Position numbers and translations under genes: made by a program. From Owenia fusiformis (taxonomy: Eukaryota): a stretch of DNA of 64,000 nucleotides. Of this stretch, positions 1 to 14,208 are shown one piece after another. The notes below the pieces were generated by a model. It saw nothing but the letters and a program-made list of their open reading frames with translations, searched no databases and was not told where the DNA came from. The stretch's first letter is position 1. Each line of letters opens with the position of its first letter. The DNA is taken from the NCBI GenBank assembly GCA_903813345.2, contig CAIIXF020000001.1, forward strand, positions 19,034,001 through 19,098,000, in the 5' to 3' direction.

Positions 1-36
1 ACAACAATGCAAGTTATAATTTAAAAAAGATCTTAC

Positions 37-73
37 CATTAGACCCCTTATCTGTCTGGCCCTTCTCCCCCAT
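37..73 (-). CDS. Probable first coding exon (MGEKGQTDKGSN-, phase-1 donor) of an unidentified minus-strand gene continuing left of the window; whole exon 37-128 includes 5'UTR
   Basis: Minus strand reads ccttacag|GTTCACC...GTC ATG GGG GAG AAG GGC CAG ACA GAT AAG GGG TCT AAT G|gtaaga, with strong acceptor and donor in a GC-richer island. Too short to identify the product. Confidence 0.5.
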
Positions 74-226
74 GACAGCGGAGTAGCTCAATAGGTGGGG
101 CTGTTTACTACATGCTCAATGGGTGAACCTGTAAGGAAGAAATATCAATTATAGATAGATATATAGTAATAATAGAATTCATTTCTCAAATTAAACTCCT
201 AAAAACAGGACATTTATGATCTTAAG

Positions 227-578
227 TAACTGTCACATTGGCCATAGGGGCTCACATTTAGGCATTAATTTTGAATTAATCAATTAATTTTTGCATTTAA
301 TGTAGATATCCTGCTGGAGTATCTATGCTCAGTGTTGTCATTAACAGCCGGTCCACTGGTCATTATCTGGTTACTTTTGATACGGACCAGTTGATTTTTT
401 CACTAGGTATAGGAAAATAACATTGCAACTGGTCCGTAATATCATTTTGACCAGCAGGTTTCAGCCCCTTAGTGTCTACACTGTCTATGCTGTGCCCCAC
501 TCTCTGCCCCAATACAAAGTATTCACACCGTGGCAAACAGTAAGCCCACGCAGGCTCAGTGTGACAGCTCTATAAGAT
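227..578. repeat. Older dispersed repeat/MITE hosting the hAT MITE; related copy at about 6436-6581
   Basis: Ends (a)ctgtcaca...tgtgacagct; the segment tattcacaccgtggcaaa...tgtgacagctctataag recurs, diverged, at about 6523-6581. Confidence 0.45.
330..483. mobile_element. hAT-type MITE
   Basis: Ends CAGTGT...ACACTG flanked by a perfect 8-bp direct repeat TCTATGCT (322-329, 484-491); an 8-bp TSD with CAG ends is typical of hAT. Confidence 0.75.
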
Positions 579-614
579 GAGTTTTTCAAATAAATCAATA
601 ATATATAGAATAAG

Positions 615-722
615 TAATGAATAAAAACAAGGAGCACACAGATCTCAAACTCACAACCTTGTGGTTACAGCACCCATATGCCAAGCTCAAACGTGCTGGT
701 GCCCAAGCGCTCTCGGCCAACT
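615..722 (-). mobile_element. tRNA-derived SINE-like head, copy 1
   Basis: Minus strand has A-box-like TGGCCGAGAGCG and B-box-like GGTTGTGAGTTTGAGA; a clearly homologous copy in the same orientation lies at about 11138-11237. Confidence 0.5.
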
Positions 723-3100
723 CAACAGCCCCCCAAAAAGTTGTTTTGTTAGTTGATCTAACTAGAGACAGCGGATGTTAACGCTCAAACATACGGGAGG
801 AAGCATAATGTACATTTTCTACATGCACAACTGTCCTTAGAGCATTATGTTTGGTTGTGTGTGTTTTTTCTCAGCATTCAATTCTACCCATATAAGGTGA
901 AACTAAATAAAGTTGGTTGTATGTGTGTGAGATAACTATGAATCGCATTATGAAAACACCGACCTAATAATCCCATTAGTTTGTACTACTGAGTCTACCT
1001 TAAGCCTGAATTGACCACAAGACAGAATATTAATAGAAATTACATGAATTGCATAAATTGTATATCCCTAATACATTTTTATATTCTATCCCCATTTGGA
1101 ACCAATTACCTTTCATCATAAATATATATAAATAGAAGAAATTGCAACTAATATCAGACACTCCAAGTGCCACAATATCACTTTTATCACGTTTTTTCTA
1201 TAAATTTTTAATTTTGGTAATCGAGAATCAGGGTAAAAATTCAAAAAAACATGTATAAATGGCAAGAAACACTTTCAAATTCATTCTGAAAAAAAACAAA
1301 ATATTTTCGCTTACCTCATACCTAGATTACACTTCTTTGCAAATGAAAAGTATTCATAGCAGACCTGGGATTTCAAGTAGATAATTTAAACAGTTTTTTT
1401 AACAATTATTGCATGTGTGTTCCTGACTTTTTGGACAGTGACTCATGAAGACCTGCTTATGGAGTGTCAAGATTTCGATGGATTTTTAAGAGTCAAGATA
1501 CGTACTAGTGTTCACTTGGAGTGTCTGTAATATTCGGCAGGAGAATTCAACAATAGTTGATGTATATTACAAACAATAGGACTAAGGAGAGCTACATGTT
1601 AATAATTGCCTAGATTAAATTGCATTCATTTTTTATGGCCTAAGTCTGAGACATAAAAATAATTGATGTTCTTAACAATTTTGTTATGCAAGTACTCTCT
1701 CTCTAGTCTCGATTCTAACCAAGCCACAAACTTAGGCCGATTAAGTTCTGTGTATCAATATTTTAAACCCCTGTGAGTTATATCAAAATCAGTGAAGTTA
1801 TATAAATCTGCTGGGCCAAATTACAAATTTTTTTTTGGACTGCCTTGTTAATTTCCAAGTTTGCCCCTGTATACTCTATAGTGCTGCTATTGTCCAAATA
1901 TGCTTCAAGCCATTAACAGGCAAAATGCCACTACTTGCCATTTGTTACAGATGCTGAACTTCAAACACCAAACTCTGAATACCAACCACTGAACACCATC
2001 CACAAAAAGTTGGAGGCTACAATAATATGTTCACCACAGATAATCAAATACATAATCAAATAAAAAATGATTGGTAAACAGTGTTTTAAGTTTTGTATCA
2101 ACATGTACTGATAGAATTCAAAAATGACTTTTTTCATTATTTACTCAGAAAACATTATGAAAAAAACACAGAAAAGAACTAAATACAAATAAACAGCCAG
2201 GTTAAGTTTCAAGGAAATAATTGGAAACCAATAGATTAAGAGCACATTTCTGGAAATTAATTGTAAAAGTCTTGGTTTGTTCATTCTCAACTTTTGTCAA
2301 TACAGCTTCAAAAAGGACAGGGATTAGATGAGGGTCAGATATTGTATGGCTCTTGCCCGGATGTTCAGTTTTTGGTTTATATTCATTCAGGTGGGATTTT
2401 ATACAAGAGTCAATGTAAAATGTATCTTAAAGTGGTATTTACTAAGCACATGTGTTCACTAGAGTGAGGTGTTCACTAAGACAGGTTTTAACGCAGCTGG
2501 TCTCATAGAATGCAATTGATAAATGAGATGGAAGATATATGATTAAATACAGTGTAGAACTGTGTAGGATGAAATCCTTGGGAGCGATGATTTGAGTGTA
2601 CCCATTGGATCAAAATATTATATTTAAGCCAAATGTTAACAAATTTTCCCCAGAATTCCAACACTCTATCATTAATGACTTATATGTATTATGTATTAAT
2701 TTAAGTGTATGCTATCATTCAGTGAACATAATCATGGTTTAAATCACATACTTCAAATAATCATATCTATTCTATCTATTACTAATGTGAAATCATATGC
2801 TAAAATGTTCATCAACAACTTGTTAGTTGCTTTGCTTTTCAAACACCATGTTATTGTCTATACACCATAAACTTTGAGATTTATACAAACTCACTTTTAC
2901 ATGTCCAAGGTATGCAGAAAGATTCAGCAAGATTTTCATCATTGTCATATAATTTTTCCTGTTTTGTAGATACGTTTAATAAGATAAGTTTAATTATATG
3001 GTTTATTCATCATCAGCAGCTTTTCCATTTTCTGGTATAAATATTAAACACTGAAATACCAAATATCATTAAGCCATATACATCTCTTTATGAAGGATTA

Positions 3101-3197
3101 CAGTGATCTCCCAATCATTAAAGGAAGTGGGCGCATCACCCACCTGAGATTTTGAAAATTGCTTGCCCCCACCTGAAAAATCTTGTGGAGAACACTG
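3101..3197. mobile_element. Short CAGTG-ended MITE family (related copies at about 4695, 30914-31031, 55160)
   Basis: Ends cagtgatctccc...ggagaacactg with shared internal ccacctgagattttg; TSD not resolved. Confidence 0.45.
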
Positions 3198-3553
3198 CAT
3201 TATAATATAATATATATCTCAGCTTAAATGAAATAAATATCCTATATACATCTTACCTGAACAATAGTTTTTCTGCGAATGAATTAAAATAATTGGTTTG
3301 CAGTTATACTAAATGTAATAGTATCCTAAGACTGTAATGTCCTGTATATATGTTCTATCTACACTGTGTATATATCCCTAAAAGTGACTATTATATTAAG
3401 CTGGCTTGCAGATATATGGTTACAACATCGATATCTTCGGCTGATGAGAGATGAAACAAGTTGCTCAGCTTGCCAACAGGTACTTAACTATATATGATAA
3501 ATCCCCAATAATATATTACTAGTCTTTGGCTCTGCCTCTAGCGTAGACTTAAC

Positions 3554-3770
3554 TACAGTAGAACCTGTACGTCCAAACATCCCTCAAATCCAAACACTAC
3601 TCAATATGAACACTTTTTCGTGGTCCCAAATTTGTTAATTCCCATTGACTCGCACGTTAATAACCAGAAATATTATTATTAATATAAACAGAAATATGAA
3701 CACCTCAGCTTAAAATTTGAACACTTTTGGCTGGTTCCAGATGTGTTCAGATTAGAAAGGTTTTAATGTA
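3554..3770. mobile_element. Tc1/mariner (Tigger/pogo-like) MITE
   Basis: TA-CAGTAGAACC...GGTTTTAATG-TA termini with internal GAACAC/GTGTTC subterminal motifs. Confidence 0.6.
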
Positions 3771-6700
3771 CCCTTTGCCAGAATAATGCATTATGACTTA
3801 TATTCTTTATATAACCAATAAATAAACCTCTGAGCCAATCAGAGTCTGTCATTAGTCAACCATGGTTCTGTATGTGAATGAAAATATTGGTAAGGCTTAT
3901 TATAGTGCTGTCTGATTGGTTGAAGGACAAACTCTAAAATGAGTGATTCTAGTAAGAGGATGATACACTAGACAGTAACCTCAGGGTAGGCATTTATATA
4001 AATGAGAAACGCTTAAAGTACACATATTTCTATAATATTTTCAGTGGATATATGATTGCTGATGACATCACCTGTCATTTACAAATTTTAGTGTTCCTCC
4101 TTAATGGCAGAATAAATCCAGGTGATTTTGAATGTATTGTAATCCCAGAATCCTTAACTGTTAAGTGCTCAATAAATCCACCGTTCCTAATCCTTCATAT
4201 AAATGTAATAATCAGCAGAAACACAGAAATAATCTATCTATAGCCACAAATGACGTCATTTATGTCACCGCTGAAAAAGGACATTAATTACATTGAATCC
4301 CGATAGCAATCTACGTTCTGCTATTTTGCGGTTAAAACATGGATTAAATAAAACCAGATATCTCATTAATATTAGAAATCATAAACTGTATACTTCCAGG
4401 AAAGAAACATATTCTATGTTTCAGGTTAAATATGTGAAGAAGTTCTTGTAGAAATGCTGCTGTTAAAACATATTATTTAGATTTCATAAACAATGTGGCA
4501 GCTTGGAATCCATGTCTTGTCTGTTTCAATCTTGCCTGTTGAATAAGATTTTCAATACAATGTTGTTTTCGTGTTATGTTATGCAATATGTTGTTTAGTT
4601 TTTGTATGTATGGATGTGGATGGATATGTGAAAGATTCTTTAGATTATGAATAAAGATTATAAATTATTGTCTTATATCATATTCTGCTATATTGATCAC
4701 CCCGATACCTAAGAAAGTAGGTGCCTCACCAACTTGAGATTTCGAATATAGGTGACTGCACCGAATTGTAAGCCCATTTCCACATGAAAATTAAAAAATA
4801 GCAATTTTGATCTGAACTATGAATATGAGAATTTTGAAACTACTTCAGCAAATATTCTCACAGCAGTCATAAACACAGTTGTTAATAGATATAATCAGCA
4901 AGCATGATTATTAGCAAAATTATTTTTCTGTGAAATGCGATTTACCAGGCACAAAATTACTGGTTAACATTGAAAGGCAAATACAGAGTAGTTTAATATT
5001 TCTGACCATGCAGTTGTTATATAGTTATCTTCTATTCTGATTTTACTAGTTCTTTGTGAAACTGAGAAACCCCAAAATCTCTACTAGTCCCACATCAAAC
5101 TGCTTTTCCTCTGATTAATATTCAATATGTAACATATTCTCACATTTTTGACTGACAATCCCTAGTGACTTATCTATTATTTATTACAGTTTCTATCTTC
5201 TTCATTTCAAGGTGTTCAATAATACATACTAATACATATGCCTGAATAAGCACTTCCCAGGACTATATGGCATAAAAAGAATTCATGACATTGTTTCAAA
5301 ATGAGTGAAAGAAAAAATTGATCAAATTGTGTAGACTGGTAAATTAAGAATGCCTAATTAAATAATTATGATTTTTATGAATACGTCTAACTTCGTGTTT
5401 TAGTACTCAATTCCTCAAAGGGCTAGTTATCCTTTTACCAATTTTATTGATATTCAAATACAAGGCATTAACATGCAACATGTCACTACCTACCATTTGT
5501 TACAGACATTGACCACCGAACACCAAAAACCAAACTGCCAAACACCAAACGCTGTCCACAAAAAGTTAGAGACTATAACAACACAGTTAAATAACACATG
5601 TGGAGGTCACAAAAACTTAAACTTAAATTCCCCAAACATAACCTCAAAACATATCCCTAACAACATGTAACCATGACACCCATAACTTCACATCTCCTCA
5701 AATACATTAATCTAAAGTTCATCTACAGATCCAGATGAACAATACAAGAACAACCTTCATCTTTTCCATTGTATACTATTGATCTCTCAAGGATCAAGCA
5801 ATAATCCAATACAATAGAACCATTAGCACATGTTCTCACTTTAATCATGACCTTCATCAGAATATCTATAAATTCCTGATTGGCATTATTCATACCAGGG
5901 AGGGGGGGGGGTTATTGGTAATAGACAACAGGTTTACTGGAATTTGCCTGTTGTTTTAAAGAATTTGCAACTGTTTCAATGTTAAAACTACATTTGTATA
6001 ATGAACAATAATTTTGCCTGTTGTTTTCATTTGTTTTGTCTGCTGTCAGAAACTCTAATGAAAGAAAACTGATGCTCAAAGCCAGCTTTCATCAAATGGA
6101 TTGCAATTTACGACTTTATCGAGTAAGACTCCATAGTTTAGCTGAAAAAAGTGAGGAAAAGACGATAATTTCGTGACTTTTCAAAATTACCCAAAATAAC
6201 CATTTTGTGCCTATGTCAGCTGCACTTCAGCATATTAAGAACTTATCTGCATTAAAACTACAAAATCATCCATGGTTATCAGAGGGAAGTGTAGTTAGAC
6301 TGAGGAGGAATCAGAGTAAACAGAGCATAACAATGGAACATGAATACATACATGTAGTTACCTTATCAGCTTTAACTTCAAGAGATTCTTTATAGAATCT
6401 GCTCAGTGTTTACTAAAAAATTGCGATGGTGAGGTAGCTGTCACATTAGCTGTATGGGCCCACTGAACGCCACCATGGCCCCAAAGTGTTTTGTCAACAA
6501 TGTATCTATGTCATACCCTGCCATATTCACACTGTGGCGAATGGTGAGCCTGCATGGCCTTTAAGTGTGACAGCTCCATAAGGGTTGGTGTCCAATTATG
6601 AACAGTTCATTTCATTATGGTTTGACCCTAACCCTCCTGTCATCTAACGAAATTTTAAAATGTCATTTTTTGTCGTTCACTTGAATATTAAAAGATCAAC

Positions 6701-7989
6701 ACTCTTCACTAACGAAACCATTATTTACATCCCCTCCCACGAAGGGAACGAACTACTTTATTCCACAAATGTTGATAGATAATGGGACAACATCCTTAAG
6801 CCAGTACCGTTTTTAGAGAGCATATGAGACATGGTAGTGAAGTAACAAGATATGAAGTAATAATTTGGAATGCTGGAAAAAACAACTGAGACGCCAAAAA
6901 ACAAAGAAGGAGGAAAGGTACAATATAGTTAGTCTTATCTCAAAAACAACATCTGATTTCCAACTGAAGCTTTGCATATGATAAAGCATAACAGATAATA
7001 GTTATGTAAACACATCATCCCTGGGTGGAATTTTTGATAAATGATCTATTGACAAATCCGTGAAACCTGCTATCTTGCATATTTGCATATTACAAGAACA
7101 ATCATTATGTGGAAACAAGCTCTGATCAGCTCAAAATTTCAAAAGTTCATAAATAGTGAGAGTAGATGGTCAAACAATCTGGTAAAGGGTAGATTTAAGG
7201 CCAACAAATCAAAAGTTGTGTTTTCAAGAGTATATTTTATCTTTTGAGTCCTGTTAACAATATAAGGATCACACATTATCAATAGCCAAATAATAAAATC
7301 ATCTGTACAAATGAAAAAATTGTAGCTTACATGATTTTCCATGCATACAATATTACTATTAACATTGGATAAATATATTTATCTCATACACCTGATTAAC
7401 TCAATCTAGTCCAACCCATTCTGGTTCGTGGCAACCTAAACTCATTATTATCTTGAAAATACCAACACTATTTGTTATCTAACTTACCCGGAACTAAGAT
7501 GTTACTCAAGATTTGTCGGCATAAACATGGACCGATGATTGAAATATTTATGTTTCTGAAGCACAATTCTGTATCGGGTAAATGAAGCAGTCGACTTTTA
7601 CCTGATAACTTGATTGTGATTATCTGAGCTTATCAACCCTTTGCAAAACTTAACACTTAACTTTACTCTTAAATAAGCGATAATCGTTGATCTAGCCTCT
7701 ATCCAATTAGAATATGAGATCTGGAAATCATGATGCTACATTTTGGATTTTTTAAGTTGCTAAGATTCATGTCACATTCAAATTCCTATATATGTCCAAA
7801 ATTAAGATTGTTAAGATCTCAACAGCTTAACAACTGTAAAATCATATATATAAGTCAGAGGGAAGTGTTGTTTTCTGATTGGAATTCAGAATATGAAGTA
7901 GTTGAGTTCTACCTGTTAACTTGATAATGATTACCTTTACTTTTCTTATGCCACACAATCACTGTTGATACTTCCATTAAACTATCTAA

Positions 7990-10900
7990 CCCTTTTAGTC
8001 CGGTTGCCAAATACCTCTGACAGGCTAAAGGTCGTTTTAAGGTATAAAGTTTTTTTCTGTGCATTTTTCTATTGCTACACATGTATTCTTTAAAATGAAA
8101 TAATCTGCAAAATCATATATGTTGAGCATTATTTTTAGTCGCACCATATAATTATGTAATTAATTTCAAAGGGGGCGTGGCACTTTGAAAGTTATAACAT
8201 GTTAACAGTCATTAAAAATTATTAGACCACTGAGAAATATGTGTTTTGGAGAGATAGAGAGAACAAAGGTTTAATTTAACATACATTGCATGTTTTCAGC
8301 CTGACCCCCAGGGGCCGTGAATGGGGGGAGGGGTCGGGAAAACAGGAATTTTGAGATCTCTCTGAAGTATAGCTTTATTATACTCAAATGAAAGGTAATT
8401 AAGAGTAGATTGCAAATATTGTATCATTTTTCTGATTCGGGCCTCCTGAAATTCAAAATGGCCGCCTAGTGTGGGATTTCGCAATAATTTTGTGATCTTC
8501 AAAGTATGCGTATTTTATATTCAATTTGAAGGAATGTGAGAGCAGGTCACTGTTATAGTATTGTTTTTCCTAATTCATGCCTTAAGATTCAAAATGGCTG
8601 CATAGAGCAGGAATTCTGTATTACTTAAAGATCTTTTCAAAGTAGTGTTACATGATACTATATTAGATTTCAAATAGTATTGTCTTGATGATTTATACCT
8701 TTGAAACCCCTTAATGGTCACTCATATGCTTAAATCTGTGAAACTTCTTATATATCTCTAACGAATGTATGTCTTAATATCTGTGCGAGTTGCTGATATC
8801 TAGTTTGAGATTGATTACATAGTATTACAATAAAAAAAACGTTGTTAAAAGATAATACCTATAGTACATATTTTGATAGAAGCACATGCAATTATATTCA
8901 ATGTACCTCAATTTATAGTCATCATGTGATACAAAATATGATGCTTTTTAAACTAATATGTCAAAAAATGTCATCCAAATGAAAATGTGACTATACTAAC
9001 ATTCCATTTTCATAGAGGTGTGAAAAATAACAATTGTGATCTTTCCCCTCTAAGAGATTACTGAATCACCAACTTAGTTATCAACAATTATTTACCTCTA
9101 CAAATATCGCTCGGGACTATACTGCTGGAGTTCAAGGCTTCTGCTGTTGTATCTAGATTGATACAGATAATTTTAAACAATTTTGGAGCAAACATGTCCT
9201 TTTGGAATGGATGGAAGTCAACCCATACATTGGTGATATTGGCAGTACAACTAAAAAGAATATTGAGCTATTAAATCCCCAAGTATGGAGGATACTTTAC
9301 CAGATTGACTACAATGAAAGAGAAATCAGTTAAGCCTGCCACCTTAACAAAGTACTAGCCATTGGCTGACATGAAACCATCCGACCCTAGCACAATGATT
9401 ACCATGATGATTAAAGCTAAACATCTTACAAATGAATATGGCATGGAATATACAATTTTAACATAGATCAGCAACTCTATAAAATAGCAATAGCATTAGG
9501 TGTGACTAGAGCATATTCAACCAACTTGGTGGAATGAACCAAGTTATTATGATTGTCAGATTCCTCATCAGTCTGAGCTGACAACCTGTCCACCACGGAA
9601 TGCGTCATGATAAACCATGACATCTTATTACTTCTCAGCCCTGTTCCAGGTGAAACAGAAATTATGAGTATCAGAATGCACAGAATGTAAGCATCCTCCA
9701 AGTGTTAAGTAAATACCAAGCTGGTGTGCAGAAATTGAGTGTGATATAATATCATAAATATGATCATATGATATATATAGCGTATTCTTCTTGTGCACCA
9801 TAACCACAACCATCAGTTGCAGGATCAGTTCACCATGCAGCGAAAATCACCTGGGAGGGCAGTGGTGGATATAAAGCGCTTAAAACAATCTACAACAGCA
9901 CTGAAGTTCGAACCCCACGGAGTAGCAAATCCCAACGAACACTACAATATATTCATGAATCTGTATATGGCATGATGTGATTATTTACCATCTACTCTAC
10001 CCTTGATCAAATTGACAGATATTAAAAGGCATACATTACAGATATATCAGAATTTCAGCTGGGGTATATTCCTCAACACTACCCCTGGTAATACGAATAA
10101 TGTGTAATATCGACAAATACACCCCTTAGATATCTAAGCACGAGTGCCAAAGGGAAAGGACCAAAAGTTGTAATGGAACTTAGCAAGAAAAAGCAAACTT
10201 TAAGTGCATACCAGTCAAGAAAAACAAACCCCATATATCCCAAAACCATGATCTAACATGAAAAGAAACAATGTCTTTCCCTCGCCATTCAAGAACCAAT
10301 ATCACAATCCAAGACTAGAACACCAAGGGACATTTCATTCATACTGAAGTCATTACAATACATGTTGAAGAAAACATTAGAAATTGATATCCAATACTCA
10401 TAACATCAAAAATAGTTGTAGATACAAGTACTCATATAAGATAGAGCATTCAGTCTCAAATGATGTGGGATAGATAAAATCCAGTCTCCAAGTCCATAGG
10501 CGTTTCAAAGGGTCAACATCCATTCGCAAAAGCCATCGCCATAATCCATAAAACACAATAATTCACAATGGTCATCAGGAGAGAACTATAGCTGGTTTCG
10601 ATCCCTATTTCTCAACCATTAATGCCAGTGCTGGAATCCACCTCAAAAGGTGCCAAGTGAAAAAATTGTGAGTTCAGCGCCAATTTCTTAAACAATTCCT
10701 ACATCATTCAGCATCTCAAGTGGTAAAACTTGAAATTAATGACTTGTATTTTTCAGCAAAGACCAGAAAGTATTTCTTAAACTTTTTACAAGTATAACCT
10801 TGACCTAACAGTTTGATCACTAAAGCATTGTGTCTTGACTTAAAATCTAAATATTTAGAGCATGCAATGCCATATCTAATAAGCTAGGATACGTACACCC

Positions 10901-12070
10901 CATATGATAGAGCTAGGCACAAAAGCTTTCGAACACTTCACTCCCTTCAGTCGTTCGGGGTACATAAAACATTTGTACCTAGCCCTGCATGGTGTAATCG
11001 TCGATATAACACCTGCTCTTCAGTCTATATTTCTTAATTATAGTATAATATAGCCTTACTTCGAAGAAATCTCTGAGTAATAGCGAATTTCTACTCTAGA
11101 AACAATACAATGATTGTTATCTACTTCAATTTGAGTATAAATGAATAAACACAAGGAGCACACACGTCTCAAACTCGTGGTTACAACACCTAATTGCCTA
11201 GTTTGAACGTGCTGGCGCTCAAGCCCTCTCGGCCATATAGACATACTTTGAATGGATCAGGAAATTATTGAGTAATCCTGCATTAGGCAGGCATTTTGAA
11301 TTTTTCGAGGCCTGAATCAGAAAAATGATACAATATTTGCAATCCACTCTAAATTGCCTTTCATTTGAGTATAATAAAGCTACACTTCAGAAAGATCTCA
11401 AAATTAATGAAAATTTCTTTTTCCCCACCCCCTCCCTCCTATACTCAGCCCGGGGGGGGGGGGGCAGGGTGAAAAACATAGAATATATGTGGAAAAGATG
11501 GATGTTGTGAATATACTACCAAAATTAAAAAAAATTCAGTACTTTGGTTTAAAAAGAAAGACTTAATATTTTCGAAATAGTCCCGTCATTTTTAAAGTGG
11601 TGGCCATCTTGATAACAGACGAATGGGTGGAGGACTTCACTCTATGTCTGGGATAATAACCAATTAAAAGCAATTTGCCTTTGCCTACAAATGCATTAGT
11701 TTGTGAAATATTGATCTTAAAACTTGGATTTTCTAAGATTATCGATATAAATCTGCAAAAAAACAATTATTAGAAAAAATGATGACTCAGCACTTTTTAA
11801 GACATTATAATTTTATGCATTTGTCGAGTTTTGAAGAGATCTGTGTTAAATAAGTGCTTAATATAACCTCACAATATATTTTTTAGTGAGATAAATTAGA
11901 ATAATTGAAAAATAAAGTAAAAAATTTGCTGAGTCAGCAGAAAAAAATGCTCAACCTATAAAATTTTGCAGATTGTTTAATTTACTTAAGAATGTCAAGT
12001 ACTATCAGAATATGCAAAGAAAAAAACTTTATACCCTAAAACGACCCCTTCCTTCTTGGCCACCGGACTA
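7990..12070. mobile_element. About 4.1-kb decayed element bounded by long, diverged inverted repeats
   Basis: About 7996-8140 is the reverse complement of about 11941-12070, and about 8288-8490 of about 11262-11480 (both arms give the same spurious ORF MIQYLQSTLN..SFEYNKA.LQ.DLKI). No intact internal ORF. Confidence 0.6.
11138..11237 (-). mobile_element. tRNA-derived SINE-like head, copy 2
   Basis: aatgaataaacacaaggagcacac...aacgtgctggcgctcaagccctctcggcca matches 615-722. Confidence 0.5.
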
Positions 12071-13321
12071 TTTGCTAAGATTGGACATATACTCTGTCAC
12101 ACATACATAGAGATTACACAGTACAGTTATTTTGTGAAAAAAAGCTATGGATATTTTACTAGTTTTACTTAAGGGCTGGTCAAATTCACCATCACCATGT
12201 GTCTTAAATTGCAAGGGCTTAAGAAGGGAGCACTCGCTGCCTCTGTTAGCTATAAACAGTGTCATAATTGAGGGATTTCAGACCAAATCACTCAGACATA
12301 AAGTTCGTGTTCTTCCTGATTGCTCTATGAAATACCAGGTGTTCAACATCAGAATTTTGATACAAGTTCTTTGGAGAATGAAAGCTACAGTTTGAACATG
12401 TTTTAGGGTATGAGGCCTCTGAGGCTATGTAACAAATGAAATAGAACAGTAATTTATTCAAGAATATTATATTGAATCATTTTATATTTATACCATCCAA
12501 TCAATATTTGTTCAATTGTTAATTCTATTTAATTTTTTAATTTTTATTTTGTGTGATTTTACATTTGTTTTTTGAGCCCTTAGACCCAATGTCCACCCGC
12601 CATTTGTTATAGATGCCAACCGCCAATCATCAATAACCGATTGCGAACCGCCGTCACAAAAAAACGCTTTTTGGTGGTGACATAAAAATTGATATAGAAA
12701 ATCGACAGCTATATTTTATGCTGCAAATTTCTCTCAAATTTTTGTCCAGTCGCCGTACGGTTGGTGTAGATCAAATGTGATCGAGGCATAGCTCTAGAGG
12801 TGGCTGTATGATCATGATCATTTTAGGTGAAATGATCTTGAATACTATATCTGATAAAAAAAACATTTAACAAATACAAAACTACACAAAGTACAAGAGA
12901 ACATAAGCCAAACATGCAAATACAAGTTAAAATATTTAACTTCAGCTTTGTGCTTCATCTTTTAACCAAATAAATCAAATCAAAATCTAAACCTCATTTG
13001 TGCTTTGAATAATTTTATGGTAATATCCACAAATATGATTAGGCAAAATAAAAGTAAGAGGTCTACCATAAGACACTAGTAAAATGCAAAATGCTGGCTA
13101 CTCTGGTTGAAGTGAAAACAAAGTTTGAGGAAGTTTGTTAGATACTGAATCTTAAAGTTGCTGATAATAACTTTAAGGACAGCTTCTGAGTTTCTTGTCT
13201 ACTAAAACACCTCAACATAGAACAGTTTCAAAAGAACCAAGCCCTATGTGAATGGACCCCCTCTGCAAAGAACACCATCCTCAAAGTATATTTTGCAAGA
13301 AGAAAGGGTGTTCCCTATATA

Positions 13322-14078
13322 CAAGGTGTTTCATAATGACCCTATGTACAGCTGATCCTAGATCAAGTTTCTAAAATCTATATACCATAATGAGGCTTAT
13401 TCAATTTAGAACTTATGGACCAAATATTACCATGCACATGATTGATCATTTGGAACATAGTCAATATCACCAAAGTCAGTATCACCATTGTCAGTATCAC
13501 CATTGTCAATATCATCATTGTCAGTATCACCATTGTTAATATCACCATAGTCAGTATCATCATTGTCAATATCACCATTGTCAGTATCACCATAGTCAGT
13601 ATCATCATTGTCAGCATCACCATTGTCAATATCACCATTGTCAGTATCACCATAGTCAGTATAACCATTGTCAATATCATCATTGTAAGTATCACCATTG
13701 TCAGTATCACCAGAATCAGTATCACCATTGTCAATATCACCATTGTCAGTATCACCAGTCAGTATCATCATTGTCAATATCACCATTGTCAGTATCACCA
13801 TAATCAGTATGACCATTGTCAGTATCACCATTGTCAATATCACCATTGTCAGTATCACCATTGTCAATATCATTGAGATATATCCTAAGCATCCATCAAA
13901 TTGCAAACTATTATAAATCATAATGTTTTAAGGCATGGTTATTGGTTATCATAGCTGTTACCATGGCTATTTTGTAAAAATTTGTTTCCAAACTGTTAAA
14001 AGTTATCTAACCTATGGGGTATGCAGCACTATCTTGGAATGGCAGTTGATAGGGGATCAGTTATTATGAAACACCCTG
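13322..14078. mobile_element. Tc1/mariner-type MITE carrying a minisatellite
   Basis: Left TA-CAAGGTGTTTCATAAT, right ATTATGAAACACCCTG-TA; the right end is tandemly duplicated. Confidence 0.55.
13457..13875. repeat. 15-bp minisatellite (consensus GTCAGTATCACCATT), about 27-28 copies
   Basis: Directly visible tandem array; accounts for the repetitive ORFs (MVILT)n, (DNGDT)n and (IVSIT)n. Confidence 0.95.
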
Positions 14079-14146
14079 TACAGACTTCACTGAATGGCAG
14101 TTGATCGGGGATCAGTTATTATGAAACACCCTGTACAGGCTTCACT
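14037..14146 (+). repeat. 55-bp tandem duplication
   Basis: gaatggcagttgat(a/c)ggggatcagttattatgaaacaccctgtacag(a/g)cttcact twice, 2 mismatches. Confidence 0.9.
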
Positions 14147-14208
14147 GTACAGCCAAAGGAGAGTGTAAGGGTACATAAGTTTAACTGTCATATAACCCGA
14201 AGTAATAT

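Noticed and set aside
8296-11510. Paralogous short ORFs MIQYLQSTLN... at 8296-8502 (-) and 11325-11510 (+)
   Set aside because: They are the two arms of an inverted repeat, not genes.
13378-13921. Four overlapping 72-164 aa ORFs, and a superficial resemblance to a CRISPR-like array
   Set aside because: They are translations of a 15-bp minisatellite on both strands; there are no unique spacers and the context is eukaryotic.
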